Source of the DNA: Octopus bimaculoides
Taxonomy: Eukaryota
Assembly (NCBI RefSeq): GCF_001194135.2
Contig: NC_068983.1
Coordinates: 104,695,506 to 104,744,093 of the forward strand
Length of the DNA stretch: 48,588 nucleotides
Direction of reading: 5' to 3'
Positions 1 to 13,160 of the stretch are shown here, piece after piece. Both the position numbers and the translations under genes were made by a program. The notes below the pieces were generated by a model, which worked only from the letters and a program-made list of their open reading frames with translations, was not told the DNA's origin and made no database searches. Position 1 is the first letter of the stretch. Every line of letters starts with the position of its first letter.

Positions 1-294
1 TTATTGAGCGATTACACCTAAAGCTCCACGAGGCTCCGGCAGGGGGTGGTGGCGAACCCTGCTGTACTCTTTCACCACAACTTTCTCTCACTCTTTCTTC
101 CTGTTTCTGTTATACCTGTATTTCAAAGAACCAGCCTTGTCACACTCTGCGTCACGCTGAATCTCCCCGAGAACTACGTGAAGGGTACACGTGTCTGTGG
201 AGTGCTCAGCCACTTGCACGTTAATTTCATGAGCAGGCTGTTCCGTTGATCGGATCAGCTAGAACCCTCGTCGTCGTAACCGACGGAGTGCCAC
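1..294 (+). mobile_element. SINE family A copy (head cut off by window start)
   Basis: Near-identical body to copies at 3251-3530, 6644-7030 and 45112-45476 (…gaactacgtgaagggtacacgtgtctgtggagtgctcagccacttgcacg…cgacggagtgcca). Confidence 0.9.
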
Positions 295-588
295 GATGTG
301 TGTGAGTATGTGTGTACGTACGTGCGAACGTGTGTGTCTCCTCAGTCTGTCCATACAGTCTTTTCTATTATTGCGTAGTTTGTCAAAATTTGGAGAATAC
401 TTGATTCTTGGACATCCTATCTAATTTGGAACTGGCCAAGCGATTCTTCCGCTTTTTCTGGAAGCGGGGGTAATTTCAGTAGATTAAGAATCTAACCTCC
501 ATGTTATTTTATACACGTTTCGTCTTTGATGTTCTCATACATGTCACTAGAGTTAAAAAACTAGTTATTTCTCTCGGCTGATTTCTTT

Positions 589-590
<2 letters not shown>

Positions 591-659
<69 letters not shown>

Positions 660-661
660 GT

Positions 662-711
<50 letters not shown>

Positions 712-782
712 CATATAACTACATACATTCACACACACACACGAACACACACACACGCACACACACACACACACACGCACAC

Positions 783-815
<33 letters not shown>

Positions 816-834
816 CACACGCACACACACACAC
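591..834. repeat. Compound microsatellite (TATC)n / (CA)n
   Basis: (TATC)n at 591-659 and ~680-710; (CA)n at ~726-834. Confidence 0.95.
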
Positions 835-1652
835 TATTCAGAATATATTAACCTCGTTGCCAGGCCTCAATTAGAATCATCAATCAATAATTCATTAGCA
901 CAAACAATATACAGAAAGAGATCAATGGGAACAGTGACGCTCATGCTTTTCCTGATATTGCTTACAATTCAAGCGAAGTTGGACTGTCAAAACGACATTA
1001 GAGACTGTTTTAGTCCCTAATGCGATTTCTCAAACAAAACGAAATTATCCTGCTGATTATATACGAGTAAAAAGAAATGCCGTATTTTAGGCCGTAATAT
1101 TCTAATGTTTGACTTAGGTTGAGCCTAAAAGTGCAGTGTTATTTACAAAACAAACAAGAGGGTTGTAATAATGTCAGAATGGAAAAGCGAAGGACTATTA
1201 GTATGAATGGCTACAGAGGTGTTTGTTATATCAGAAGATAATGTTAATATGTAACGAAACGATAAAATTATTACCAGTAGCTTGCACATGTTCTACTGTT
1301 ATGTAAGCACCAGCATAGCAGCGATTAGACCCATACTCTGACATCAGGCCGGTAGCGATTATCATGGGTCAGTTGCTAGACTCTCTTATTTAATCGATCA
1401 TAAAAGAGAAATAAGGGAGGATTTCCTTTAAATTTCGCTGATAAAACTCCAAACACAAATCATTTGTAGTATTTCTCCGAGGGGAAAGCATTTAAGTGGA
1501 AGAAGGTGAAGATTTAGTGAGTAGCTGTATAGGTCTAATTGTGATTATTACATCAGCTTGTTTAATCTCAGTAATTTTTTCTATCTTCGATCAGTTAGGG
1601 TTACTTGCGCTGGTTGGAATTATCAGAACAACAAAAAGAGCATTAGAACGAT

Positions 1653-1653
1653 T

Positions 1654-1707
<54 letters not shown>
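1653..1707. repeat. (TTTC)n microsatellite
   Basis: Direct reading. Confidence 0.95.
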
Positions 1708-1708
<1 letters not shown>

Positions 1709-2480
1709 ATATTCTTATATTTATTTATGTACGGCTTCATCACATAATATTATCTACTTTGTAATAAATCACAAGACATTATGGTGGCTGAGGTTAGCAC
1801 GTGACTAACTGTTCGCAGGCGGGGAGGTATGAGCCAAATGATGAAATTGGGATTTAGCTTATTGGTCTTTCAGTCTGAACTCGTGAGCATTTGTTGCTAC
1901 GAAACGAATAAAACAACTAGAAATATCACCTTTCCGTCCACAATCAGTATATTAGAATCAATAGATTGGTTGCGGTGTTTAATCTCAGTATATAATTTAA
2001 AGTTGCATGGAAGTATACATTCCGTTGGTTATTTTAGCTGAAGGTAAAATTTTCTGTTAACTTAGTGAAACAAATAATGTTTCAGAATTTCTGAGTCGTC
2101 TGCCTGGCAGTTTAACAGACGACATGGAAAGTTTGCAAACATGTAAAATTGTAGCAGTTATATTGTTCATGTATAATATTCTACAGTTATTATGGAAGTA
2201 ATGCTATGAAGAAACTTTTTCTCAATTGTAGAATGAAATCGAAGATATATTTTATTAAGCACATGATATTCATACTTTTCGCAGAAAATTTAACTAACAT
2301 ATATTGAATGAAACCGGAAAAGATGTTTATGGTCACAAAAATTAAAATTAATTTTATTCGTAAGACAATTAACTGAGGAATAAATTTTTAAGGCTAAGCT
2401 TCACACACACACACATTCACATGTACAGTACACTAATATGTATATATACATTATATATATATATATATGTATATATACAT

Positions 2481-2518
<38 letters not shown>

Positions 2519-2530
2519 TAAATAGATATA

Positions 2531-2941
2531 CGCGTAGGAGTCACTGTGTAGTAAGTAGCTTGCTTACAAACCGCATGGTTTCGGGTTCAATCCCACTGCA
2601 TGGCACTTTGGGCAAGTGTCTTCTACTATAGCCTCGGGCCGACCAAAGCCTTGTGAGTGGATTTGGTAGACGGAAACTGAAAGAAGGTCGTCGTATATAT
2701 GTATGTATATATATGTATGTGTGTATATATTTTTGTGTCTGTGCTTGTCCCCCCCCCACATCGCTTAACAACCGATGCTGGTGTGTTTACGTCCCCGTAA
2801 CTTAGCGGTTCGGCAAAAGAAACCGATAGAATAAGTTCTAGGCTTACAAAGAATAAGTTCTGGGGTCGATTTGCTTGACTAAAGGCGGTGCTCCAGCATG
2901 GCTACACTCAAATGACTGAAACAAGTAAAAGAGTAAAAGAG
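2531..2941 (+). mobile_element. SINE family B (tRNA head, CORE-like segment, internal TA/TG microsatellite, LINE-like 3' tail)
   Basis: B-box gggttcaatccc; ttgggcaagtgtctt segment; tail aaaggcggtgctccagcatgg…gactgaaacaagtaaaagagtaaaagag. Matches copies at 22578-22957 and 32598-32954. Confidence 0.9.
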
Positions 2942-3250
2942 CAAAATAATACATACATACATACATGCATACATACATATATATACGCACGTGCACAGAC
3001 ACACACACACACGTCTATATATATGTGTGTGTGTGTGTGTGAGTCTACAGCTCAGCGGTGCAGCCATTGTAATTCGTTCACCGGGATCATGGGTTCAAGT
3101 CAAGCTGTATGTGTTTTTCTCTGATATGAAAATAATGACCTAGTGCAGTGTATTAAGATTTTTGAAAGCTTTGCCGACATAGTAGATCCATAGACTATGC
3201 CTTCGATTTCTTTCGCCAGATTGTTTCCTTCCCGAGTTAAATTGAAACAA

Positions 3251-3530
3251 TGTTGTTGTTGGCACTCCGTCGTTTACGACGTTGAGGGTTCCAGTTGATC
3301 CGATCAATGGAACAGCTTGCTCGTGAAATTAACGTGCAAGTGGCTGAGCACTCCACAGACACGTGTACCCTTAACGTAGTTCTCGGGGATATTCAGCGTG
3401 ACGCAGTGTGACAAGGCTGACCCTTTGAATTACAAGCACAACAGAAACAGGAAGTAAGAGTGAGAGAAAGTTGTGGTGAAAGAGTACAGCAGGGTTCGCC
3501 ACCATCCCCTGCCGGAGCCTCGTGGAGCTT
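3251..3530 (-). mobile_element. SINE family A copy (head lost in N-gap)
   Basis: Reverse complement of the family A body with a (CAA)n tail (tgttgttgttggcactcc). Confidence 0.9.
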
Positions 3531-4344
3531 NNNNNNNNNNNNNNNNNNNNNNNNNNNNNNNNNNNNNNNNNNNNNNNNNNNNNNNNNNNNNNNNNNNNNN
3601 NNNNNNNNNNNNNNNNNNNNNNNNNNNNNNNNNNNNNNNNNNNNNNNNNNNNNNNNNNNNNNNNNNNNNNNNNNNNNNNNNNNNNNNNNNNNNNNNNNNN
3701 NNNNNNNNNNNNNNNNNNNNNNNTAAAAGATAACAAATTGCATTCGAGGCAGCAGTGAATAGCATATTACCAAGAAGATAGACTTTAAAGTTTGAATCAC
3801 ATTGTTACATGCTTGAAAATTAGGGTGGCTTCAGATAAAAAGAAAAGAAAATCTAGCACATTCCGACAATTTAATCTCTGAATCTAATAATAATTTCTGA
3901 GTTAGGAAAAAAACAAAAAAAAAAAAACATCGGTTTTAAAGGGAATGGGTTAGTTTATACAATCGAGCTCAGTGCTCTACTGATATTTTATTTTACTACT
4001 CCGAAAGAAGGAGGTAAAGTTAACCCCGGAAGTTTTTCACTCCAAATGTAAAGATCCGTGACCAAATAGCTGTAAACAGTTTGTCCGAAGTTCGATTTTG
4101 CCATAATGAAAATATGTAAGTATTTCCAAGGCTTTCGAAAGTCTTTTATATATATATATATATATAAATGCTTTAACATATTGCTCTATATTACAGTTGT
4201 TGATGTTTCAGTGATGAAGCCTCTGTTACTTAGTTCGGAAACAGCAGCTTTTTTAGAAGATGAATTCAAAGAATTTAAAAAATAGAATATACATACATGA
4301 CGGCTATCCACTTGTGACTGAGGAAAACCATTACTGACTTTTAG

Positions 4345-5848
4345 GAGCATTGTGCGCTCAAGACTACCTTATACTTTACACTTGCGACTCCGTTGGTGAC
4401 TAACGAGACCTGCTCTTGACAAACATACACGACTGCAAGCATTGCAGACCAAGCTTTCCCGATTCATTACACTAACCGTGCGTTTTCGAGCAGCGCGCTT
4501 AAATTCTTCACGAAGAATACATGCTCTTTCAAAAATATCGACTCCCTCCTTTACCTGTTTCATCCGTCCGTGGCGATGACAAGCATTGCTCTCCCAGCTA
4601 ACCTCCCGCATTTCACAGGCCTTTAATGAGAACTTTACACAGTCCTTAAATCGCAGTCTTGGCTTCTACCGCGGTCGCTTTCCACTAACAAGTTCCCCAT
4701 ATAGTATCTGTTTAGGGATCCTGCTATCATTCATTTTAACAAGGTGTCCAGTCCAATGCAATCAGTGTTTGTGCACCATTGCCTCAATACTCAGGATATC
4801 GGCTTTCCTCAGGACCTGTGTCTGGAGTTTTTAAGATCCAGCCGACATTCAGAATATGTCTCAGACATCTCTGATAGAAGCGTTCAAGGACCTTTTCACG
4901 ACGTTTGTAAAGGGTCCATGTCTCACATGAGTAAAGGAGTGATGTCAGTACACATGCACGGTACACAGCAATTTTTGTTCGCCTTGTGATGCCATGTTGG
5001 GGATCAGACACCAGACTTAAAAGACCTGAAGGAATCAGTTGCTCTTTGGAACCTGAAAGATATTTCATCATCCAGGGAGCAAAAACGGCTGAGTGTGCTG
5101 CCCAGGTAGACAAACTTGTCTACCACTTTCAGTATTGTTCCTTCGACCAAGATAGCTGGTTCCATGTATGGGTTTCCTGGCGCAGGCTGGAACATTACAA
5201 CAGTCTTGTCCAGGCTAATGCGGAGTCCAAATGCTTTGCAAGAAGAAATATGATTCACAAGCACTTGCATATCATCCGCTGTATGAGTGACTCGGTCACA
5301 GTCATCTGCATAACGGAGGTCACGAATAAGAGACTGTACAACTCTTGAATTAGCAGCAAATAGACGCAGGTTAAAAAGACGGCCAGAAGATCGATATCTA
5401 ACATACATCCCGGGATAGCTGTCCACAGAAAAAGCATGAATAAGAGCAGCAGCAAAGTACAGAGAAAAGAGAGTTGGGGCAAGTATGTCACCCTGCTTCC
5501 CACCATTCGCTACAGGAATAGGTCCCGCCATGCCACCACCAACATTGACCCAAGCCTCAATCCCATCATGAAATGATTTGATTATTGATACAAGGTGATC
5601 CGGAAATCCAAGATTGCCAAGTATCTTCCATAGGGAGGCCCTATTCACAGTCTCAAAGGCCTTGGTTAAATCAATGAATATCTGGACAAGATCTATATTC
5701 TGCTCATAGTACTTCTCCTGCATGTCTCGCTGTGAAAATCATATCCATCGTTACTCTTCCAGATCGGAAACCACTTTGAAATTCAGATAGGACATCATTT
5801 ACAAGACACCTATTCAGGTGGGTAAGAATACTTGCCAGAACATTGCCA
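4345..5848 (-). mobile_element. 5'-truncated, frameshifted RTE (BovB-like) LINE: RT domain plus C-terminus
   Basis: ORF 5723-5004 reads FIDLTKAFETVNR…GKQGDILAPTLF…RYADD…FVYLGSTLS. Downstream frames give TKIAVYRACVLTSLLYSCETW and CNACSRVCLSRAGLVSHQR (C2H2-like end typical of RTE). Confidence 0.92.
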
Positions 5849-5849
5849 G

Positions 5850-5898
5850 CATACATACATACATACATACATACATACATACATACATACATACATAC
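5850..5898. repeat. (ACAT)n microsatellite at the 5' break of the RTE
   Basis: Direct reading. Confidence 0.95.
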
Positions 5899-6643
5899 GT
5901 AACACACTGCCTAAGTACTAATCTCGAAAAATTAGGCTTCTCAAAAACAGAAAGGAGGAAGCTGATTCGAAGACTACAAATCCAAGCCATCACTGGAACT
6001 ATAAACATCTATAAAACTTTCCAAAAGTTTATTATTTAAGTATATATGAACACATCTAGACATGCAACTATATGCATGAGAATACGTACATAAGACAAAA
6101 CATACAAATCTGCATACATACATACATACATACATACATACATACATGCATACAAAAACATTCTGGTGATGTTGAAATTCCAGTGAAGGAACCGTGGATC
6201 TAGGTTAGCAAGAAATCTTGAAATAAAACTGAATAATGACATACATACATAGAAAAATAATACAAGAGAAAGCGTACATCTATAAACAGTTGAAGAGGAG
6301 TTTGCAAATCCAATATCCAAGATGCCCTTCCAGCTTCTATACTCATTATTATTGGTGCAACAAGATACATACCAGCCCGTCTGAAGCAACTTGTAATCCT
6401 GGGGAGAGAATGCAAATCCTTAATTTATTCGCTGCAAATGATCACGTTATCTGGGAATATAATAATCTGCAAACCCTTGAGATTTAAAGGATGATGATTA
6501 AAACAAGATACTTTCCTTCACAATCTTGCTACCAAGTAGGTGGCCGGTCAAAATTTATTCTGAAATTAAAAAGAGACAGAAAACATACATACATACATAA
6601 AACTTCCCAGAAGTTTATCATTTAAGTATATAAGACCATGTCT

Positions 6644-7030
6644 TGTTGTTGTTGGCACTCCGTCACTTACGACGCTGAGGGTCCCAGTTGATCCAATCAA
6701 CGGAACAGCCTGTTCGTGAAATTAACGTGCAAGTGGCTGAGCACTCCACAGACACGTGTACCCTTAACGTAGTTCTCGGGGATATTCAGCGTGACACAGT
6801 GTGACAAGGCTGACCCTTTGAATTACAGGCACAACAAAAACAGGAAGTAAGAGTGAGAGAAAGTTGTGGTAAAAGAGTACAGCAAATTCGCCACCATCCC
6901 CTGCCGGAGCCTCGTGGAGCTTTAGGTGTTTTCGTTCAATAAACACTCACAACGCCCGGTCTGAGAATCGAAACCGCGATCCTATGACCGCGAGTCCGCT
7001 GCCCTAACCACTGGGCCATTGCGCCTCCAC
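6644..7030 (-). mobile_element. Full-length SINE family A with a perfect 12-bp target-site duplication
   Basis: Minus strand begins gtggaggcgcaatggcccagtggttagggcagcggactcgcggtcataggatcgcggtttcgattctc (A-box and B-box) and ends in (CAA)n. TSD aagaccatgtct at 6632-6643 and 7031-7042. Confidence 0.95.
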
Positions 7031-7886
7031 AAGACCATGTCTAGATATGCAAGTATATGCATGAGAAGACATACATAAAACAAAACGTACAAGTCTGCAC
7101 ACATACATACATACATACATACATACATACATACATACATACCCTGCTGTTCATGTTGAAATTCCTTGGATCTATGTTGGAAACCGACTCTTTCTCTATT
7201 GCAAACAAATCTTTAAAAAAAACTGAATGCTATACATACATACATACATACATACATACATACATACATGCATACATACATACATACATACAACATGAAT
7301 TCTCATATGTACAAGCATAAATTCTCTGCTCTCAAGGGTCTCGGACAAAACCTTTTACTAAGGGTCAGGATAAAGCAAGAACATTCTGATACAATATCCA
7401 TCGGTGCCTCATTTTATTTAACCTTATATTTTGACCTTAAGAGTTTTGTCTTTCGAACATTCAGAAAAGACTGCGATAGCAGCACCGGATCAATGATCAT
7501 TATATGCAATAACAACTTAAATCGACTAAAGAACTAATAAGCAAAAGAAAACGCAGCCAACCTCACGATGACTCAATAAAATCGGTAAGGTTTGATAAGA
7601 ATAAATCTATAACATTAGATGTTGGTAATTAAGTTGGTAGTACCTGACATGGTTAGTTAAGTTAGTAGTACATGGCATGGTTAGCTAAGTAAGTAATATT
7701 TGGCATGGTTAAAGTTTCTAACCTTTGTTATTCAATTCATTTACCATGTTGTCATGGTGATGACCTTTCTAAACAAGTTTATAAATACGGTTCTTGAAGT
7801 TTGTATCATCCATACCCACACACACTTCTCACAACAATTTGTAGGAATTTGAATATATGTATTTATTGAGTACATATCATATATAC

Positions 7887-8451
7887 ACATACATACATAC
7901 ATACATACATACATACATACATACATACATACATACATACATACATTCATTCATGCATACATACATACACATGCATACGGACATATANNNNNNNNNNNNN
8001 NNNNNNNNNNNNNNNNNNNNNNNNNNNNNNNNNNNNNNNNNNNNNNNNNNNNNNNNNNNNNNNNNNNNNNNNNNNNNNNNNNNNNNNNNNNNNNNNNNNN
8101 NNNNNNNNNNNNNNNNNNNNNNNNNNNNNNNNNNNNNNNNNNNNNNNNNNNNNNNNNNNNNNNNNNNNNNNNNNNNNNNNNNNNNNNNNNNNNNNNNNNN
8201 NNNNNNNNNNNNNNNNNNNNNNNNNNNNNNNNNNNNNNNNNNNNNNNNNNNNNNNNNNNNNNNNNNNNNNNNNNNNNNNNNNNNNNNNNNNNNNNNNNNN
8301 NNNNNNNNNNNNNCATACATACATACATACATACATACATACATGCATGCATGCATGCATACATACATACACACATGCATGCATGCATGCATACATACAT
8401 ACATACATACATACATACTTACATACATACATACATACATGGATGCATGCA

Positions 8452-8480
<29 letters not shown>
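7887..8480. repeat. (ACAT)/(GCAT) microsatellite array spanning an N-gap
   Basis: Direct reading on both sides of gap 7988-8313. Confidence 0.9.
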
Positions 8481-8482
<2 letters not shown>

Positions 8483-9572
8483 CAATGTATGTGTATATGC
8501 GCACAGAAATTACATACATACATACAGAGATACACAGAAATATATATGTGCGTGTGTGTGTTTGTGTATGTGTACATATTGACAGGAGAGAGAATTTACA
8601 TTCATTGAGTACATATATTATAATTACATATATTTTGTGTTTATACGTTGCATGTACATTTGTTACGGATACATTCACACGCACTCGCACACACGCATAG
8701 ACACACATACACATACGGACACACACACACACACACCGACACACACATACACACGGACACACACACACACACATACACACACACACATATGTGTTATATA
8801 TTGATGATTGTGCGTAACTGTGACTGCAATATCATTTAGTGACCTTTCGAAAAATCCATAACTAACCACTCCCCCGTATACAAAGTGCTATTAAAAAGAA
8901 TTCTTTGAAATCTGAGAGTTACCTTCAAAGCTATCTATGTTATTGATTATAATAATAATCATGTTTTGATTTTCATCCAAAGAAATACGTAAAAAATATA
9001 TCCTGACCTTTATTATTGCAAGTATTTTTTTCACTCCAAATTTTCCCACTGGGTCGCTCTTTTGTACTAGAGTGAAAAAAGTTGAGTTCAAAGCAAAGTA
9101 CTTCCGTGTGTAAGCAGAAATGCAATAATTTTGCCATTTAAGTAGAAATAACTTGCTGATCTTGGCGTATCCATCAGTTGAGACACTTTTAAAACTAAAA
9201 GTCAGCAATTAGTTGTTAAAATAATCATAAAAGAATGCGAAAAAAATAGTCCGAATCTCTACGTTTTTCACTTTGATCTGGACAAACAAGAAAGAAAGAA
9301 GGAAAGAAAGAAAGAAAGAGAGAAAGAAAGAAGGAAAGAAGCGCTAGTAAATAAAATCAACATGGTGTCATTGTTTTTTTCTTTTTATACAATCGTTATA
9401 TCATAGTGTTCCGGTGGCACTAAGTAAAACTGTCGCAACCTATTTTTGTAGACATTGATGACATGTGTTTGGGTGAATTGGAATTTTCTTGTCTGCCCAT
9501 CTCTTGTTATTGACATTCCATAACCCTTTTACTCGACAGCTGTGAAATATAGTTAAGATTAACTCAAGTTAA

Positions 9573-9626
9573 GACTAAGATTTAGATGACTAAGATTTAG
9601 ATGACTAAGATTTAGATGACTAAGAT
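9573..9626. repeat. 15-bp minisatellite (gactaagatttagat) x ~3.6
   Basis: Perfect units at 9573-9587, 9588-9602 and 9603-9617, plus a partial fourth. Confidence 0.95.
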
Positions 9627-9980
9627 ATATCTTTATTTTATATGCTGTCAGTGGTAGCTGAATTATTTACTTCATTTAGATTTTGTTGGCTTAACCCAAC
9701 AGTAACCAAAAACCAGTAAGGCATTGCATATGTAGCAGAGTTTTATTAACTAGCTTTATAAGGCTATTTTCGATATCTTGTTATTTGAATTACTTTCTGA
9801 AACTCAAGATTTTGATGCTTTAGCAAAGAAAGTAGCTCTTATCTAACCAATGTAAACTTGTCCATGATTACATTAATATGTATGTATGTGGTTGTAACTA
9901 TGTATGTATGCATGTATGTATGTATGCATGTATGTATGTATGTATGTATGTACGCACACACACAAACACACACTTACGCG

Positions 9981-10024
<44 letters not shown>

Positions 10025-10413
10025 GCGGTGGTATTTACTCCTGTATTAAGCATGCTTAAACATGCATCAAACTAGCAAAAGCTAGTGAAATGCAGCAATT
10101 ATTGATTTGCTGCACAGAAACTCAGAGTAAGTGTTCCACAGCCGTGTTATTTAATGAATTTAGTTCTAACTCGTCTTAGAACTAAATTTAGGAAATGTAT
10201 TTATGTATATCNNNNNNNNNNNNNNNNNNNNNNNNNNNNNNNNNNNNNNNNNNNNNNNNNNNNNNNNNNNNNNNNNNNNNNNNNNNNNNNNNNNNNNNNN
10301 NNNNNNNNNNNNNNNNNNNNNNNNNNNNNNNNNNNNNNNNNNNNNNNNNNNNNNNNNNNNNNNNNNNNNNNNNNNNNNNNNNNNNNNNNNNNNNNNNNNN
10401 NNNNNNNNNNNNN

Positions 10414-10444
<31 letters not shown>

Positions 10445-10453
<9 letters not shown>

Positions 10454-10632
10454 CCAAATGTCGAAGCCACCATTCTTTATTATCGTCTCCGCTGCGCAGG
10501 TCACGTCCAGCGTATGGAGCCCTCTCGTCTCCCAAGGATCATGCTCTATGGAGAACTTGCAATTGGAACAAGACCCAGAGGAGGTCTGAAAATCCGTTTT
10601 AAAGACCACCTCAAACGGACCTTCGCTCAAGC
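10445..10632 (+). mobile_element. RTE LINE C-terminal fragment
   Basis: Translates to KIPNVEATILYYRLRCAGHVQRMEPSRLPRIMLYGEL…RPRGGLKIRFKDHLK, a typical RTE post-RT motif (RW.GHV.RM…RLP…LYGEL). Confidence 0.85.
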
Positions 10633-11477
10633 TATCAACGGAGTGGGTATATTGAGGGATTCACTTCTCCCGACATTTCATACCATATGTAGACCCTCGC
10701 CAAGAAGAATTTTTTTATATGGTATACTACCCCCCAAGCAAAAAGTTTAATTAGGAAGAGTTCCTCCCACCCCTCTCCGGAAAATATCACTGTACCCTCT
10801 CCTAAGCCTTAACCCTACCATAAAGGTATCAATTAAATTTACTTTTTTGAAATTTCCAGAAGACCAGCCTTGTGGTGTCTTTATCGATGAATTATAGTGT
10901 GCCAATTTTTATCAAAAAGATGAGCAAAACAGGAATTTCAATTGAATGCTACTTAAGAACTTTTAGTAGTTCTTAAAAACTTGTAATTAAAAAAAAAAGA
11001 CATTTCTAATGGGGCTATTGAAATTTTTTTTCTTTTTGGCTAACAGTTAGCCTTAAATTTATTATTTGATTTAACTTTTTAATTATATAGAAGCTAATAA
11101 CAGCTATTATTTTTAGTTTTTAAAATTGCATATATTTTAAAATTTTAACTATAGCTGCAATATAAATATGCTTGTCCTGTACTTGTCCTATATTTTCCAG
11201 GTTTAATAACTTAAGATATTAACCTCCATGTTTTCGCATTTTTCATTGTAATATATATATTTCCACATAAAAAAAGTGATAATGCTTAAAACTTGCTTCT
11301 TCACTACACTGCTATACACATCTCTCTCTTCCTCCCCGTTTCTCACGTTTGTTCCACTTCCTCCCTCTACCACCACTCTCTGCTCACATGTGACTTGTGG
11401 TCAATTCTCTCTTCCTAACTCCAGCCACCATGAAGGCGAGACGAACCTGTTTTTTCTCCGTTCAGCTTTGTCATATC

Positions 11478-11791
11478 ACTAGCGTTCAATATTCGATTCG
11501 CGTTTGGCCCTACGACTTTTTAATGTTGTTTTCACTGTCCATTTTTTCCTGTCTTGGTTTGTGTTTGCTAGCTTGGAATTCTCTGTTTAGTGGGTTGATC
11601 CACTACTCAGGAAGAAACTATTCTAAGAATGCGTCCTGCCTTATCTTCGAAACGCCTAGTTTAGAATAAAGGCGGCTGATGAAGAATTAATCCAAGTGAC
11701 TATTTGCTTTTCTATGTGTTCGTTCCGTTGTCTGTAGTTCATTTTTATAACGTCCTGTACCCGAATATGCATCTATATACACATGTAGATG
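11478..11791 (+). mobile_element. Unclassified dispersed repeat 'family X', copy 1 (may extend 5' to ~11290)
   Basis: Colinear with ~34120-34440: shared agcgttcaa start, shared tcttcgaaacgcc…gcrgctgatgaag core, and a 41-nt tail (11751-11791 vs 34400-34440) with 34/41 identity. Confidence 0.75.
11631..11686 (+). ncRNA. Candidate non-circularly permuted hammerhead ribozyme (family X copy 1)
   Basis: GCGUC^ (11631-35); stem I CUGCCUU (11636-42) / AAGGCGG (11669-75); CUGAUGA (11676-82) plus extra A; stem II GAA (11684-86) / UUC (11646-48); GAAA (11649-52); stem III ACGC/GCGU. Confidence 0.7.
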
Positions 11792-13160
11792 TAAGTATGT
11801 ACATATATGTGTGTATACATGCTTATATATCCGTTGTATTATATANNNNNNNNNNNNNNNNNNNNNNNNNNNNNNNNNNNNNNNNNNNNNNNNNNNNNNN
11901 NNNNNNNNNNNNNNNNNNNNNNNNNNNNNNNNNNNNNNNNNNNNNNNNNNNNNNNNNNNNNNNNNNNNNNNNNNNNNNNNNNNNNNNNNNNNNNNNNNNN
12001 NNNNNNNNNNNNNNNNNNNNNNNNNNNNNNNNNNNNNNNNNNNNNNNNNNNNNNNNNNNNNNNNNNNNNNNNNNNNNNNNNNNNNNNNNNNNNNNNNNNN
12101 NNNNNNNNNNNNNNNNNNNNNNNNNNNNNNNNNNNNNNNNNNNNNNNNNNNNNNNNNNNNNNNNNNNNNNNNNNNNNNNNNNNNNNNNNNNNNNNNNNNN
12201 NNNNNNNNNNNNNNNNNNNNNNNNNNNNNNNNNNNNNNNNNNNNNNNNNNNNNNNNNNNNNNNNNNNNNNNNNNNNNNNNNNNNNNNNNNNNNNNNNNNN
12301 NNNNNNNNNNNNNNNNNNNNNNNNNNNNNNNNNNNNNNNNNNNNNNNNNNNNNNNNNNNNNNNNNNNNNNNNNNNNNNNNNNNNNNNNNNNNNNNNNNNN
12401 NNNNNNNNNNNNNNNNNNNNNNNNNNNNNNNNNNNNNNNNNNNNNNNNNNNNNNNNNNNNNNNNNNNNNNNNNNNNNNNNNNNNNNNNNNNNNNNNNNNN
12501 NNNNNNNNNNNNNNNNNNNNNNNNNNNNNNNNNNNNNNNNNNNNNNNNNNNNNNNNNNNNNNNNNNNNNNNNNNNNNNNNNNNNNNNNNNNNNNNNNNNN
12601 NNNNNNNNNNNNNNNNNNNNNNNNNNNNNNNNNNNNNNNNNNNNNNNNNNNNNNNNNNNNNNNNNNNNNNNNNNNNNNNNNNNNNNNNNNNNNNNNNNNN
12701 NNNNNNNNNNNNNNNNNNNNNNNNNNNNNNNNNNNNNNNNNNNNNNNNNNNNNNNNNNNNNNNNNNNNNNNAAATAAATACAAAAAAGGTGGTTTTTTTG
12801 TATGATTGTGTATAGAGGAATATATTATTTTGTTGAAAAGAGTTCCAGCACTGTCTGTTTTTTATGTTTTATTTATATTCCTGCAGAACCAATGTGGGGT
12901 ATAGAATATGGAATATACAATATATAATATAATATACAATATATAATATGAAATAAAATAAAATAAAATAAAAATGGATGGCACCATGAAAGAAAGTATT
13001 GAATGTAGATGAAATATTGAGTGTTCAATATAAAGGATCAAATATATAAATATAAATATATAAAGGCGACTCGAGTTTCAAGGCTATTTCCCTTCGTCAT
13101 GACCGGTATGACAGACTTTACGCATGTATCTGCATATATGTATATACATATATACGTATA

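Noticed and set aside
6960-7030. tRNA gene call for SINE heads (also 2531-2600, 23250-23323, 32598-32665)
   Set aside because: A/B boxes are present but continue into SINE bodies with tails or TSDs, and there is no complete cloverleaf acceptor stem.
11420-11450. caccatgaaggcgagacgaacc as a second ribozyme upstream in family X
   Set aside because: Both core boxes are mutated, and the homologous region of copy 2 is in an N-gap.
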